In this document: positions 1 through 13,019 of the stretch, piece after piece | Layout: each line of letters starts with the position of its first letter | How positions within the stretch are numbered: position 1 is the stretch's first letter | From: Chiloscyllium plagiosum | Taxonomy: Eukaryota | Assembly: GCF_004010195.1 (NCBI RefSeq) | Contig: NC_057719.1 | Coordinates: 14,320,364-14,384,363, forward strand | Length of the DNA stretch: 64,000 nucleotides | Direction: 5' to 3' | Notes under the pieces: model-generated | Told to the model about the DNA's origin: nothing | The model's input: the letters and a program-made list of their open reading frames with translations, nothing else | The model's database searches: none | Position numbers and translations under genes: made by a program

Positions 1-90
1 CTAGTGTAGGTTAGGTGGGCTTGGATCGGCGCAACATCGAGGGCCGAAGGGCCTGTACTGCGCTGTATTCTTCTATGTTCTATGTTCTAT
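1..90 (+). mobile_element. 3' tail of young CR1 (HER1-like) LINE ending in (TTCTATG)n
   Basis: gggccgaagggcctgt tail plus heptamer microsatellite; near identical to 61981-62070. Confidence 0.75.
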
Positions 91-164
91 GCTTCCAACT
101 TGGAATAATTGGTTCCCTGTCCTGTGCTAACAATCCCTACACTAGTTATCACACCTCCCATATG

Positions 165-475
165 GATGTTTCCCTTTGTGGGATAATTTAGGGTGACAGG
201 TCATAGTTTTAGAATTAGGGCTTCCTGTATTAACACAGAGATGAAGAGGAATTATTTCTTTCAAAGGGTCGTGAATCTGTACCCAGACTACAATGAACAC
301 CAGGATACTGAATAAATTTAATGAGAAGGTAGATTTTTAAGAAGTTGAAGGGTTATGGAAAGCCGATTGGAAGGTGGAGTTGAGACCTAGATGAGATCAG
401 CCATAATTGTATTAAACAGCAGAGCACTTTGAGAAGTTGAAGTGCCTACTCCTGCTCCTAGCTTCTCACTCTTTA
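165..475 (+). mobile_element. CR1 LINE 3' fragment
   Basis: Decayed ORF2 end (acagagatgaagaggaattatttc...) and cctactcctgctcct tail. Confidence 0.7.
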
Positions 476-651
476 TGGATATGTTCTGCACTGCTCCATA
501 CAGGCAACCTCTGATCAGGTAAACCTACCCCTTCCAACTGTCTTCCTTCTGTTCTGATTTTTATTACTTGATTATTTTTCCTGTTTCATAGTTCCAATGC
601 TTATTGCCTTTTTTTGTATTGTCTTTCCCCAATTACTTTTTACTTTGCTTA

Positions 652-1075
652 GAGTCATAGGGATGTACAGCACAGAAGCAGACCCTTCGGTCCAATTTGT
701 CCACACTGACCAGATATCCGAAATAAACCTAGTCCCATTTTCTATCCTTTGGCCTACATCCCTCTAAATCTCTCTTATTCATATACCCATCCAGGTACCT
801 TTTAAATGTAATTGTACCAGTCTCCACCACTTCCTCTGGCACCTCCTCCATGTACACACCACCCTCTGCATGAAAAAGGTGCCCCTTCAGTCCCTTTTAA
901 ATCTTTCCCCTCTCATCTTAAACCTATGCCCTCTAGATTTGGACTTATCCCACCCTTGAAAAAGACTTTGACTGTTCACCCTATCCATGCCCCTCATGAA
1001 TTTATAAAAGTCCCTAAGGTCACCCCTCAGCCTCCTACACTCCATTGAAAATAGCCCCAGCCTATCCAGCCTCTC
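652..1075 (-). mobile_element. CR1 (HER1-like) LINE 3' fragment
   Basis: Minus ORF LDRLGLFSMECRRLRGDL...RGHRFKMRGERFKRD, typical of the CR1 ORF2 C-terminus. Confidence 0.85.
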
Positions 1076-2359
1076 TAAAATCATGCCATTATTATAACAT
1101 CCATTTTCTACCCAATATATAGTACCTAGTTTATTCATCTATCATTGGCATAATTCCTTTTCTACATTCTTCTTTCCTTTGATTTGACTGCCCTCTTATT
1201 TTAGTATCATTTTCAGTCAGTGAACGCCTGATATTACTAATTTTTCAGAAAAGAATAAACATGTTTAGGAAGGGTTTTGAGGGATATGGGCCGGGTGATG
1301 GCAGGTGGAACTAAATTGGGTTGGGATATCTGGTCGGCATGGACGGGTTGGACCAAAGGGTCTGTTTCCATGCTGTACATCTCTATGACTCTATGATTCT
1401 ATGGGTGAGTCACTTGCATTTTCTGCTCATTCTTAGATTATTATCTCTTAAAATTCTGGGTGGAATAGATTAGTTAGCCAAGAAAAGGTTAATACTATCT
1501 CTCTCTTGTCTAATAAAATCTGGTCCTCACCTTTCAGACTATATAATAACACATATTGCAGCTGCAATTACCATTCTTAACATGAGCAAAACGTTGCTTA
1601 AAGAAAGTAATAAAATGTTAAGGTAGCAGCCTATTTAACAGCAAAAACAACACAGATGGCTTACTCAGACATGTTCTGTATTACTTCATCAGATCCCTGC
1701 TGCACTGACTTTAAATCCAAGCTTGTTACTTAAGGTATACACATGAAGCATATGTTAATTCTATCATGTTTGAGAGATAAAAATCAGACACTGGGAATTC
1801 CAGATTCTTCAGTGAGAGCTAATTTGGTTCCATATTGATTTGGCAACTCTACCAAGATAAGACAATCTGAATAGCACAATCCAAACTCTGTTCTGTCTAC
1901 TTTTATTGTATTTTCTTTTTTAAATGCCAACTTTGTGCTCCCTGTGCTGAAGCAGCTGGTAATCAACATGATTAAATTAGCTTTCTATAAATGGTCTGAG
2001 ACAACTCCCTGCTGCTACCTGCCCCATAAAACACAAATGCATGCATCAGACTGTAATGTAAAACCATATGACATAGGTTGTGCTTTGAAGACATGAACCA
2101 TTTTTTAAATGCCAATGCTGATTATGTCAGCAAACACAGCAGTCAAATTGCTCATAGCAAAACTTACCAAAAGCAAATGGATATATCCCAACTGAATCTA
2201 AGTTTGACTTGTTCTGATGATTTAAGGCACATGTCAATGTAATCCTTTCTTACTCTAATAGTTTTATCTTGAATAATATTTAACCCAAAAGTGTATTACA
2301 GTGGGAACTCGCCACTTCTTTTAGAAAACTGACAAAATTGATAGAGAGAGGTGTTCAAA

Positions 2360-2690
2360 TTAGAGAATCCTTACAAAGCAGGTCATTTGACCCATCAAGT
2401 CCACACTGACTCTCTGAAGAACATCCTATCCAGACTGACCCCCTATGCTGTAACCCTGCATTTCCCACGGCTAATCCACCTCGCCTGCATATCTCTGGGT
2501 CATTTAGCATGGCCAATCCACCTAACCTGCACATCTTTGGATTGTGGGAGGAAACCAGAACATCTAGAGGAAACCCACGCAGATGATGTGCAAACTCCAT
2601 ACAGACAGATACCCTAGAGAGGGATCAAACTGGGGTCCCTGGTACTGTGAGGCAGCACTGCTAACCACTGCACAACTCTGCCGCCCCATA
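2360..2690 (-). mobile_element. HE1-type tRNA-derived V-SINE
   Basis: tRNA-like head (cagtggttagcagtgctgcctcacag), V-domain core, CR1-like tail. Confidence 0.8.
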
Positions 2691-3459
2691 GCAACTGTGA
2701 CAAATGGGTTGCAAATTTCAAATCTGACATGTCTTTTGTTGGTGGAAATGGACTTAGAGCAGGTTGGCTTAGAATAGCTTTTGCCTGAAACATTGTTTTT
2801 CCTGCTCCTCGGATGCTGCCTTACCTGCTGTGCTTTTCCAGCACCACTCTAATCTTGACTTTAATCTCCAGCATCTGCAGTACCCACTTCTACCTGGCTT
2901 AGCCATTTAATGAGATCATGGCTAGTCCACTTTCCTGCCTTTTCCCAATAACCCTTGATTCACTTAATCGTTTACACTTTACTGCTTTAGCCTTGACAAC
3001 GCAGTCTTGAGAACCCTCTGCAGTGACAGTCTAGGAAATTATGTCTGGCGTATCTAGGGACACTAACCAATTCTGGCAATTCCAGAACTCAGCAGCAACT
3101 CCCCAACTGCACTCCAAATATCCCCTCTCTGCTCAGGCTTCCAGGGTAGAGGGGTAACGATGGGAAATGTTGAGGACGTTTCTGGGGATAGGATGGATCA
3201 CAGTGCAGGGTATTGGGGAAAGTAGGGGGACATTGGGAGAGGCTTTGAAGAGAACTGTGATAATTAATTTCAGTTTCATCTTTCTTTCTTAGAATGATGA
3301 TTACATTCCAGGGTTTAACTCCATGACTGGTCATTCATCTTGTACAATGCAATTCTTCACCTAGATTTTCATTTTAATACCAAGGGTAAAGCAGTCAAAA
3401 TGAGGGCAGCTCCTCGATCCTTTTCTACTACAGTCTTCACATCGCTTTCCAATTACATG

Positions 3460-3778
3460 GATGGCTCAGTGGTTAGCACTGCTACCTCACAGCACCAGGG
3501 ACCTGGACTTGATTCCACCCTCGGGTGATTGTCTGTGCTGAGTTTGCACATTCTCCCCGTGACCACACAAGTCTCCTCCCACAGTCCAAACCTGAGCATG
3601 CTAGGTGGATTGGCCGTGGTAAATTTCCCCAATGTGTCAAGGATTGAATAGGTTAAGAGGATTACTCATGGGAAATGCAGGGTTATGAGGGGATGGGTCT
3701 GAGTAGGATGCTGTTCCGAGGGTCAGTGTGGACTCGATGGGCTGAATGGCCTGCTTCCACACTGTAGGGATTCTATGT
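3460..3778 (+). mobile_element. HE1-type V-SINE
   Basis: tggctcagtggttagcact A-box head, core gagtttgcacattctccccgtg, tail ggcctgcttccacactgtagggattctatg. Confidence 0.85.
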
Positions 3779-4320
3779 TGACCAACTCCTTTGAGCAGTT
3801 AAATGGTGCAGCTGGAGGAGACAGTGGGATCCTTCCTTAAACATACAGTTTGGATTACAATGATATCATCAGGATTCCATCAGCAATTTGAGATGGAAGC
3901 TTGAGAAAGGGAACAGTGACAATTGCTCGGACGGGTTAGACTTGACAGAAGATGGAGCTGGTCTAACAAGAGGTCTAATAAAGGGTAGCTTCTTCTTGCC
4001 AGCTTAGTTGTATACTAGGTCAAGTTTGGGCCATCATTGGGAAGGAACTTCAGTTGCTAAGATCAGCCATTTTCCACACCTGGACTTCCTGCTTTGAAAC
4101 TTACTGGCAACTATACTTACCCTTCCTTTAAAAGAAATATGAGCAGATTTATCTCCTGGCTTGTAAAGCAAGAGGGAGTTGGCTTCTTGTTTACTTATCA
4201 ATATGAATGTTGAATGACAACGTTGCTCAAGGCATTGATGGAAAAGAGGCAAAAGATACTTAAAAAGTTAAGGTTGTGATTTCTCACTGTTGTAGAACAG
4301 ATTCACAGGGCTATATGGTC

Positions 4321-4537
4321 TACAGGTCGTTTTGTGAAAATGCGAGTTTTGTTAACACAAATTTGATATAACGCAACTGACAAATTGGGACACTGTTTCT
4401 AAAGCGTGAACTTTTAAAATGTTGGCTGTAACACGGTTGCATTGCGAACACTTTCAGCGTTGTTTCGAAAGCATTGTCTTTCTATAAAACAGGGTTGCAC
4501 AAGAATGCAACCATCGCGTTATAGAAGAACTACTTAT
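4321..4537. mobile_element. Tigger/Tc1-mariner-like MITE relic
   Basis: Imperfect terminal inverted repeats (tacaggtcgttttgtgaaaatgcg versus revcomp tataagtagttcttctataacgcg) bounded by TA. Confidence 0.5.
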
Positions 4538-4985
4538 ATTTTTGTTACTATACTCCTGTCTGTCTTTCATTTTAACAAGGTAGGTGACTTTTGACCATTT
4601 TAGTCTTTTTCATGAAATAAATTATTATTTTAAAGCTCAGAAGTGTTGACATCCAAAGGTCAATGGTTAAGTGGGTAAACACACAGCATGGTCTGGTATT
4701 GAAGCAAAAAGGCATGACAAGTCAATGTTGATTGGTGTTGAATTGGTCTGACAGTGATGGGGCGACAGAGAAAGTTCACCAGAGATCTTGGTTGTTGAAG
4801 AGGCAATCAAGTCCTGATATTCAATTACCAGCTGACACTGACTAATTATTCTGATATTTTAACAGATTAGTATTCACTAACACTTTACTAAGAATGTGTC
4901 TTAAGAAGAGCAAAAATGTGTTGTACTACTGGAATTCAGTCCTTGACTATAAAGTGCAGTATTGCATGAAACTTTCTACTTTTTT

Positions 4986-5255
4986 TAGATTAGATTACTT
5001 ACAGTGTGGAAACAGGCCCAACAAGTCCACACCAACCCCCAACCCACCCAGACCCAATTCCCCTACATTTACCCCTTCGCCTAACACTACGGGCAATTTA
5101 GCATGGCCAATTCACCTAACCTGCACATTCTTGGATTGTGGGAGGAAACCCACACAGGGAGAATGTGCAAACTCCACACAGAGAGTCGCCTGAGGCGGGA
5201 ATTGAACCTGGGTCTCTGGCGCTGTGTGGCAGCAGTGCTTGCCACTGTGCCACCC
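4986..5255 (-). mobile_element. HE1-type V-SINE
   Basis: Head, core and (tctaa)n tail on minus strand. Confidence 0.85.
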
Positions 5256-5269
5256 ATAGAAATGAAATG

Positions 5270-5700
5270 GTCAGTTTTCTTTTCTCTAAGTCTGTTCATG
5301 GCGTTTTGATGATCTGTGTGCCTAGAAATCTTTTTGGTCTTTTATTGGTTCAACCTAATCACCATTTAGAAAGTAATCTGTTGTATCCTTTTAAAGTCCC
5401 AAAGTCGATGAACTCCCCTTCATCTGCAATAAAACACATTTGCCACAGCTTTACCCATTCACATAATTCTTCAATATTTCTTTGCAATTTTATGCCCCTA
5501 TCTGCTCTGCTTGCAGTGCTGCTAATTTTGGTGTTTTGAATATAGGACTTCTTAATCCCATCATCTAAGTCACCAATGAATACAGAGCACAGTTGAGGTT
5601 CCAACACAAATCTGTGTGAGATTCGACTAGTCACATCCTGGCCATTATCCCTACTCCCTGTCTCCTTTTGCTCAGGCAATCTCTCAATCAGGTTGTGATG
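5270..5700 (-). mobile_element. Decayed CR1 reverse transcriptase fragment
   Basis: Minus ORF VLEPQLCSVFIGDLDDGI...LQRNIEELCEWVKLWQM. Confidence 0.75.
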
Positions 5701-5964
5701 CATTGTTTCAAAACGGACATTTTGTGAGCAAGATCCTCATTGAAAAAGGCAATTGAAGATGGAAACTGAGAAAGGAAAGAGACTCTGTCCATTTTTTTAA
5801 GGGGACGAAATGTGCAGCTGAGACTGCCAAACTTCTAAGCAGACTGCGACAGTTTGAAATCACATTAAAGTGACACAAAATCAGACGATATTCCCAGAAA
5901 ATAACTGTAACTGACCAAATGGGCTATTTTCAAATAAAATGCTATGGGCACATTCAAAGTAAAA

Positions 5965-6172
5965 TTCTAGATTAGAGTGGTGCTAGAAAAGCACAGCAGT
6001 TCAGGCAGCATCCGAGGAGCAGGAAAATTGACGTTTCGGGCAAAAGCCCTTCATCAGGAATATTCCTGCTCGATTTTCCTGCCCCTCGGATGCTGCCTGA
6101 ACTGCTGTGCTTTTCCAGCCCCACTCTAATCTAGAATCTGGTTTCCAGCATCTGCAGTCCTTGTTTTTACCT
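5965..6172. mobile_element. Fold-back Penelope-type terminal-repeat insertion (family A) with 15-bp TSD
   Basis: Inverted arms; flanking direct repeat acattcaaagtaaaa at 5950-5964 and 6173-6187. Confidence 0.85.
6026..6061 (-). ncRNA. Minimal hammerhead ribozyme motif (family A)
   Basis: Minus strand attc-CTGATGA-a-gggc-tttt-gccc-GAAA-cg-TC-aatt; core intact, stem I weak. Confidence 0.65.
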
Positions 6173-7364
6173 ACATTCAAAGTAAAAGACAATAGTAGGA
6201 CAAATAAATCTAGAGCTCCCTGAGTGCAAAAGAAGATAGAAATGAAATAAAATAGAAATGAAAGAAGATAAAGTGCACTTATGATAGCTTTCAGGTAGAA
6301 AATACAATAGAAAACCAAGAAAAATATAAAAGTTTCAGAAGGAAGGAGAGAAAGCAGACTGGAGAAACAAAGATGGATTCTGAGGAAAGCCTAGTAACCA
6401 AAAGAAAGGGGAATCCCAGTGCCTTTTGAAGAGTAAGGATGATTAGGGAAGGGAATGAAAGTGGAGGCATTGCAGAGTCTTTACATGAACAATTAGTATT
6501 TACTTTTACCAAAGGGAGTCAACCCATGGGTACAAGGGGTAAAAAGTCTTGTCATTGCAAGGGCTCAACTAAGGAGGAAGTGCTGGATAAAATGATGCTA
6601 CTTAAAAATCAACAAGGCACTGGGAACAGCTGAGTGTGAACGTTTCCTGTATATTTAATGAACTTATCAAATGTAAGCTGTCACTTCTTAAGCTGTCCTT
6701 TAGATGTGACACTCCAAATCAAACATTCTGATCCATAAGTAAGAATTCTTGATTATGCACTGTTGTTAAACTCACCCGTTGCTATTTTCCTTTCAATCTG
6801 GCCAAATTAAACATTTTAGAATGCACATTATGATATTGAAGATGAGCACCTCACTGAAATTCCAAGTCACCTTTACATAATTGATATTTTGGTGTGAATT
6901 AACTTCCTCACACTTAGCAGGAATGACAATTTAGGATGTTACTTTCCTGTTTTTTTTGTTCTTAATGTGATCACCAAACTATCTCACGTTAAGCTTAGTA
7001 TAAGGCATACAACACATTAAAAAAAGCTTCCTCTACTCTGTCCAAATCTAGAGATTGTTGATTGTGAAATATTTTGTTTTTAAGGCAAGTTATCTTCCTC
7101 CCTCTGGGTGAGACGAGCAATTTCAATACTGTCCATTTTCCAACTCTGCTGAAAGCTGCTTTCTGTCTGCACTTTAGCAAAATTGAACTGAATTTAATGC
7201 AGTCCATTAGGGAATAGTCACAGAAACAAAACTGAGGGAGGGGGATCGGGGTGCTCCAAATAATATTTTGCTGGAGGGAGAAATAATGCTCACAGCCCCA
7301 CTGTGCCCAAAAGCTTCCATAATCTTTGACTATGCTGTTCAACACCATGTGTTCATGTCTAAGC

Positions 7365-7780
7365 ATACCCAGGAGTGGCACACCTTTGAAAGAGGGGTGG
7401 GCAGTCAGGACGTATGACCCCTTTATGGACCATTGACTGGACGTATTAATGGCTGCTTAAGTCAGTTCTTCGATCAGACCTATAAGGAGTTGCTCCTACT
7501 TGCCTGTGTCCAAAGATCAGGGGTTTGGACATTCCACGAGTTCAAGTTCAAGAGAATTATTCAAAAGATGGGTGCAATCCACTGTGACCAATGTAAATTT
7601 GTGGTCCCTGCATTCTACGGTGCTACAGAAAGTGCCGATGGCCTGAGAGTCCTGAACTGTAGCCTCTGGTTGTACAGGATGGTCACATGCAACAGCCTCC
7701 ACTCCAGGTCTCTAATGGAAAGAGGGTGGACTCCTTCTTAGAGAGCCCCCCACTAGGCAGCAAAAGAGAGTGTCAAGGTG
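7365..7780 (-). mobile_element. Tx1/L1-clade retrotransposon ORF2 C-terminal relic
   Basis: Frameshifted minus-strand GVHPLSIRDLEWRLLH...DSQAIGTFC...LIFGH, like the zf-RVT/Cys region of Tx1 elements. Confidence 0.6.
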
Positions 7781-8514
7781 TGTCCGGGTGGAAGGTTAAA
7801 GTAAAGAAGTGGAGGATTTGCAACAAAAGCCTGTGCTGGAAACACCCTCTGCGCCACCTGGAAAGACAGCGAGGGAATCACCCCGAAGCAGCTCAGGGTT
7901 TGGAGGGCAGTTTGAAACCCCCTGAACGATTATGAAATTCTGTTTGAGCTGAAGTACACTTAGAGGGATCCCACTTCTTGTCTGCAGTTCTTCAAGATCG
8001 TTAGTGCTGTCAGGGCGAGTGGGTTTCCTCCAGGTGTTCCAGTTCCCTCCCTCAGTCTGAAGATATACAGGTTAGGTGGATTGGCTGTGCTAATTTGCCC
8101 CATAGTGGCCAGGGTTGCTCAGCCTAGGTGGATTAGCCAATGGTAACAGTGGGATAACGGGGATAGGGTATGAGGACTGGGTCTGAGTAGGATGCCCTTT
8201 GGACACTTGGTGCAGATTGATGGGTGACATGGCCACCTTTTGCACTGCAGAGATTCCATGATATGCAAGGTTAAACGTGCACTGAATGGAAACTTCCCTT
8301 ACCATCTCTTAAAGTTGGGCAGTAATTGGATAAGGCTTTGCATATTAAATGCCCACTTGAGGGTCTCAACTGGGCCATGAATGGGCATTTTAGTTCATAA
8401 TGGGAGTGGGAATATGAAGACCAACAATGGCATGGTACCCTCATTTACAGGTTCATTTGCCATTTTCAGCAGTCAACCAATAATATTGAACCCTTATTGG
8501 AAAGGTACTGTTAC

Positions 8515-8980
8515 CTAGAAAAGATTTACAAGTATTTATCAGGATTGGAGGATTTGAGTTATAGAGGAAGGCTAAATAGAGTGGGGCTGTTTTCCCTGAC
8601 GTGTCGGAGGCTGAGGGTTGACCTTAAGAAGTTTACAATATTATGAGGGGCATGAATAGGGTAAACAGATATGGTCCTTTACCAAGGGTATGGGAGTCCA
8701 AAACTTGAGGGCATAGGTTTAAGCTGAGAGGGGAAAGATATAAAATTGACCTAAGGATCAACTTTTTCATGCAGAGAGTGGTGCTGGTATAAAACAAAAT
8801 GCCAGAGTGGGTGGAGGAGGCTGGGACAACACCAACATTTAAGAGGCATCTGGATGGATATACGAATAGGAAAGGTTTAGAGGGATATGGGCCAAATGCT
8901 GGCAAAAGGGACTAGCTTAATGTAGAATGTCTGGACAAGTTGGACTGAAGGGTCTGTTTCTGTGCTGTACATCTCTATGA
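8515..8980 (+). mobile_element. CR1 LINE 3' fragment
   Basis: ORF2 end plus gaagggtctgtttctgtgctgtacatctctatga tail. Confidence 0.85.
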
Positions 8981-9714
8981 ATGTAATATGACCTTAAGGA
9001 TGTAATTATAAATAGGAAGGGATCTTGAAAGTTTCAACAAAGAATAATGAGTTGCCAAAGAGAAAAAAAATTAGATCTGATCTGCATCAACTTCAAACAT
9101 TGCGCCTTTCTTCATATAATCAACTGCATTGTTTTCTTTCCAGAAAATGAAATGTTGGACCGAGAGCTAGCCACTGCAGACACCACAGCGCCATTTCTCA
9201 ACAGGGGCTTCCTTCAACCTGCTCTCTAACTGGTGACCTCATCTTTTTGTACTTTTTATTGTTTTTCTCTTTTTGACAAGCGTTCCTGACGAGACTGCCT
9301 TTTGTCTCATTAAAAATGTTTTCTGATTCCAAGCATGCTGTGACAGAGCTACAGTGGACATCAACGGCAAACTTTACCCTTTCCATGTGACCGTCTCAGT
9401 ACTTTAACCCAAAATAGGTTTCATATCCATCAAGAGCTGCTATTTTTTCAGACCCATTATCTTACTTTCAGTCAGGTATAACCTGCCTTAGAAGCAGAAT
9501 GTAGCTTTAATTCAGAACCATAATCGCTGATATACCTATGTGATATTATCAATTCCCATCCTTGCGACATTCAGAGATGGTTAATTACAAATTTGCTAAA
9601 GTTAATTGCTTTCCTATAAACAGAAAGCATTGAAAGTCTTCATTATAGCAACCATAACCATTAGACATAAGAAGACTTCATCCTGTCAGCCGGTATTGAA
9701 CTCAGACCTAGGTA

Positions 9715-12070
9715 TAGAGTCATAAGAGTCATACAGCATGGAGACAGATCCTTTGGCCCAAACGGGTCCATGCTGACCAAAATGTCCATCCACGCTAACC
9801 CCATTTCCCTGTATTTGGCCCATATCCTTCTAAACCATTTCTATCAATGTATTTGTCCAAATGTCTTTTAAGTGTTGTCAATGTACCTGCCTCAACCACT
9901 TCCGCTGGCAGCTCATTCCATATGTATACCATCCTGTGTAAAAAGGTTGCCCCTCAGGCTCCCATTTATTCTTTCCCCTCTCACCTTAAACTGATGCTCT
10001 CTAGTCTGCAATTCCCCAACCCTGGGGAAAAAAAACCTGTACATGCTTCTCATGACCTTATACACTTTTATAAGATTCCCCTCATTCTCTTATGCTGTGA
10101 AGAAAAAAAGTCCTAGCTTGTCCAACTTCTCCCTATAACTCAGACCTTTGAGTCCTGGTAACATTCTTATAAATTTCTTCTGCACGTTTTCTAGTTTTAT
10201 AACATCCTTCTTATAGTAAGGTGACCAAAACTTAACACAATATTCCAAGTGCGGCCTCAGCAACATTCTGTACAACTACAACATAACTTCCCAACTTCTA
10301 AACTCAGTTTTCTGACTGATGAAGGTGAGTCTGCCTTCTTCACTGCCCTGTCTACCTGTGAATCCACTTTCAGAGAACCATGCACCTGAACTCCAAGGTC
10401 CCTCTGTTCCACTATATTCCTTAAGGTCCTACCATTCACCATGGAACTCCTACCTTGATTTGATGTTCCAAAATGCAAAACCTCATACTTCTTTATATTA
10501 AACTTCATTTGCCATTTCTCGGCCCACTTCCCCAGCTGATCAAGGTCCTGCTGCAATTTCTGATAATCTTCCTCATTGTCCATGATACTGCCTATTTTAA
10601 TGTACATTCTCATCCATATCATTGATATAGATAACAAACAGCAATGGGTCGCACCGACCCCTGAGGGACACCATTAATCACAGGCCTCCAGTCCTACGAG
10701 TATCCTTCCACTATTACCCTCTGCTTCCTACCATCGAGTCAATTATGGATTCAATTTGCCAGCTCCCCCAGATTCCAGAGCAGCCTATCAAGTGGAACCT
10801 TATCAAAGGCCTCACTGAAATCCATATAGACTACGTCTACAACCCACTTCATCAAACTTCCTGTTCACTTCATCAAAGAACTGTAACAAATTTGTGAGAC
10901 ATGATCTCCCACGCACAAAGCCATGCTGACTACTCCTAATCAAATCCTACCTTTCCAAATGCATGTATATCTTATCCCTCAGAATTTTCTCAAGTACCTT
11001 ACTTACCATAAATGTTAACCTTACTGGTCTATAATTCCCAGGATTCTCTTTGCAGCCCTTCTTGAACTAAGGCACAACATTTACTACCCGCCAATCCTCC
11101 GGGACCTCACCTGTGGCTAACGATGATGCAAAGTTATCAGCCAGGGCCCCCACAATTTCTTCTCTAGATTCTTGCAGGGTTCCTAGATATATCTGGTCAG
11201 GACAAGGAGATTTATCCACCTTCATACATTCTAATACGGTAAATGTTCATTGAGGACCTCACCCACCTCCTGCGATTCTACACATACATGTTCATTTTAC
11301 ACCTTGATGAATCCTATTCTCTCTCTAGTTGCTCTATTACCTTTATTCTACTTAAGCAACCTATTTGGATTCACCCTAATTTTCTCAGCCAAGGCTATCT
11401 CATGCCCCCTTTTCACTTTCCTGATTTCCTTCTTAATAAACTCCTATATACCCAATATAACTCCAGTGATTGCCTAGATCCCAGCTGCCTGTACCTGAGC
11501 TATACCTCATTTTTTCTGCTCAGGGCTTCAATTTCTCTTGTCATCCAGGGTTCCCTATTTCTGCCAACCTTGCCCTCCATCCTCACAGGAACATATAGAC
11601 CATGAACTCTAATTATCTCACTTTTGAAAGGCCTCCCACATGCCAGAAGTCCCTTTGCCTGCAAACAAACTTTTCCAATCAACCCCTACAAGCCCCTGTC
11701 TAATTCCATTAAAATCCACCTTGCCCCAGTTTGCAACTTGAACATGTCTACCAGTTTCGTCCCTGTCCATAACTATTTTAAAATTAATAGAAGTATGGTC
11801 ACTGGTCCCAAAGTGCTCCCCACTGTTAATTTAGTCACCTGTCCAATTTCCCAAGCTTAGGTCGAGTTTTGCCCTATCCCGAGTAGAACCCTCTATATAC
11901 TGTTCGAGAAAACTTCCCTGAACATACTTAACAAATTCCATCCCATCTAAGCCTTTAATGCTCTGGCACTCCCAGTCTATGTTAGGAAAATTAAAATCCC
12001 CTACTATGACAACCCTAGTGCTCCTGCCAGTCTCCCCAATCTCCCTGCATATTTGTTCCTCTAATTCTGG
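9715..12070 (-). mobile_element. About 2.3-kb decayed CR1 LINE (endonuclease through RT and 3' tail)
   Basis: Minus ORFs LQQDLDQLGKWAEKWQMKFN, LRPHLEYCVKFWSPYYKKD, REPWMTREIE. Confidence 0.9.
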
Positions 12071-12120
12071 AGGTATTTGGAGGAAATTTCTTGAAGTCTG
12101 CCTTTGAGATCTTGTCAGGT

Positions 12121-12376
12121 GATTTTTAGTTTGAGAAGATTTGTAGCTCAGGTTGAGGTTTGGGTTGTAAGTTTGCTCACTGAGCTGGAAGGTTTGTTTT
12201 CAGATGTTTCATCACCACGCTAGGTAACATCATCAGTGAGGCTCCCGTGAAGGTGGAATAAATACAGCGGGACAGAACACCAGCGCTTCACCGGAGGCTC
12301 ACTGATGATGTTACCGAGCATGGTGACGAAACGTCTGAAAACAAACCTTCCAGCTCAGTGAGCAAACCTACAACCT
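12121..12376. mobile_element. Fold-back Penelope-type insertion (family B) with 13-bp TSD and two inverted hammerhead motifs
   Basis: About 90-bp inverted arms (12162-12252 / 12286-12375); TSD gatcttgtcaggt at 12108-12120 and 12377-12389. Confidence 0.85.
12299..12338 (+). ncRNA. Minimal hammerhead ribozyme motif (family B), predicted cleavage after GUC at 12335
   Basis: tca-CTGATGA-t-gttacc-gagcat-ggtgac-GAAA-cg-TC-tga: 3-bp stem I, 6-bp stem II, palindromic ACGU. Confidence 0.75.
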
Positions 12377-13019
12377 GATCTTGTCAGGTATTTGTCCTTC
12401 AAATTGCTTGAAATAGAGTTCAAGGTTGACAGTGTCTCAGTGCTAAAACTGGCAGGTTGAATACTGTTCAAGCAAGTGGGACTTATAAAGGCGTGTTCAG
12501 GTTGAGTGCTTCGGGGAGCTAAGTGGAAGATTAGAAAAAGGTGTTTGGTTGCTTTTGCCGAAGCCTTTTCAGCTTCTAGGAATTGATGATCACTCTGTAA
12601 CAGGATAAGCTAGTTAATTGATAGGCATCTGGGAAGTGATTGAAATTCATTCTATTCCTGTGGCTCAAAGGAATAAATTTTGAGCAAAAGGTGCGTGGGT
12701 GAGGATAAAAGATGTCAATTGAAAAGCCTACCCACAGTGAGACCAGTGACGTCATGAACCACAACAATGACACGGGTGCCGGGAAAGTAACTAATGAATG
12801 AGTAGAGTTGGTGAGTATTGCTAATATTTAAAATAATTATGTTTAGATCACCAGTCTTTATTTCTTTATTAAAAATAGCTATTTAAATATAAGATCAATC
12901 CTGATCTTGTTTAGAAAAAACATTGCAATAACGTGTAAAAAGTGGGGTATTGTTCACATGTGAATAACAGTGATACCAATGTAAGTAAGTAATAAATTAA
13001 ATAAAATGCAATGGCGGTA

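Noticed and set aside
3460..3530. tRNA-like sequences here and at other SINE heads
   Set aside because: They are tRNA-derived SINE heads joined to V-domain bodies, not tRNA genes.
9144..9229. Plus-strand acceptor-like site followed by ENEMLDRELATADTTAPFLNRGFLQPAL-stop
   Set aside because: No recognisable homology and no supported upstream exons.
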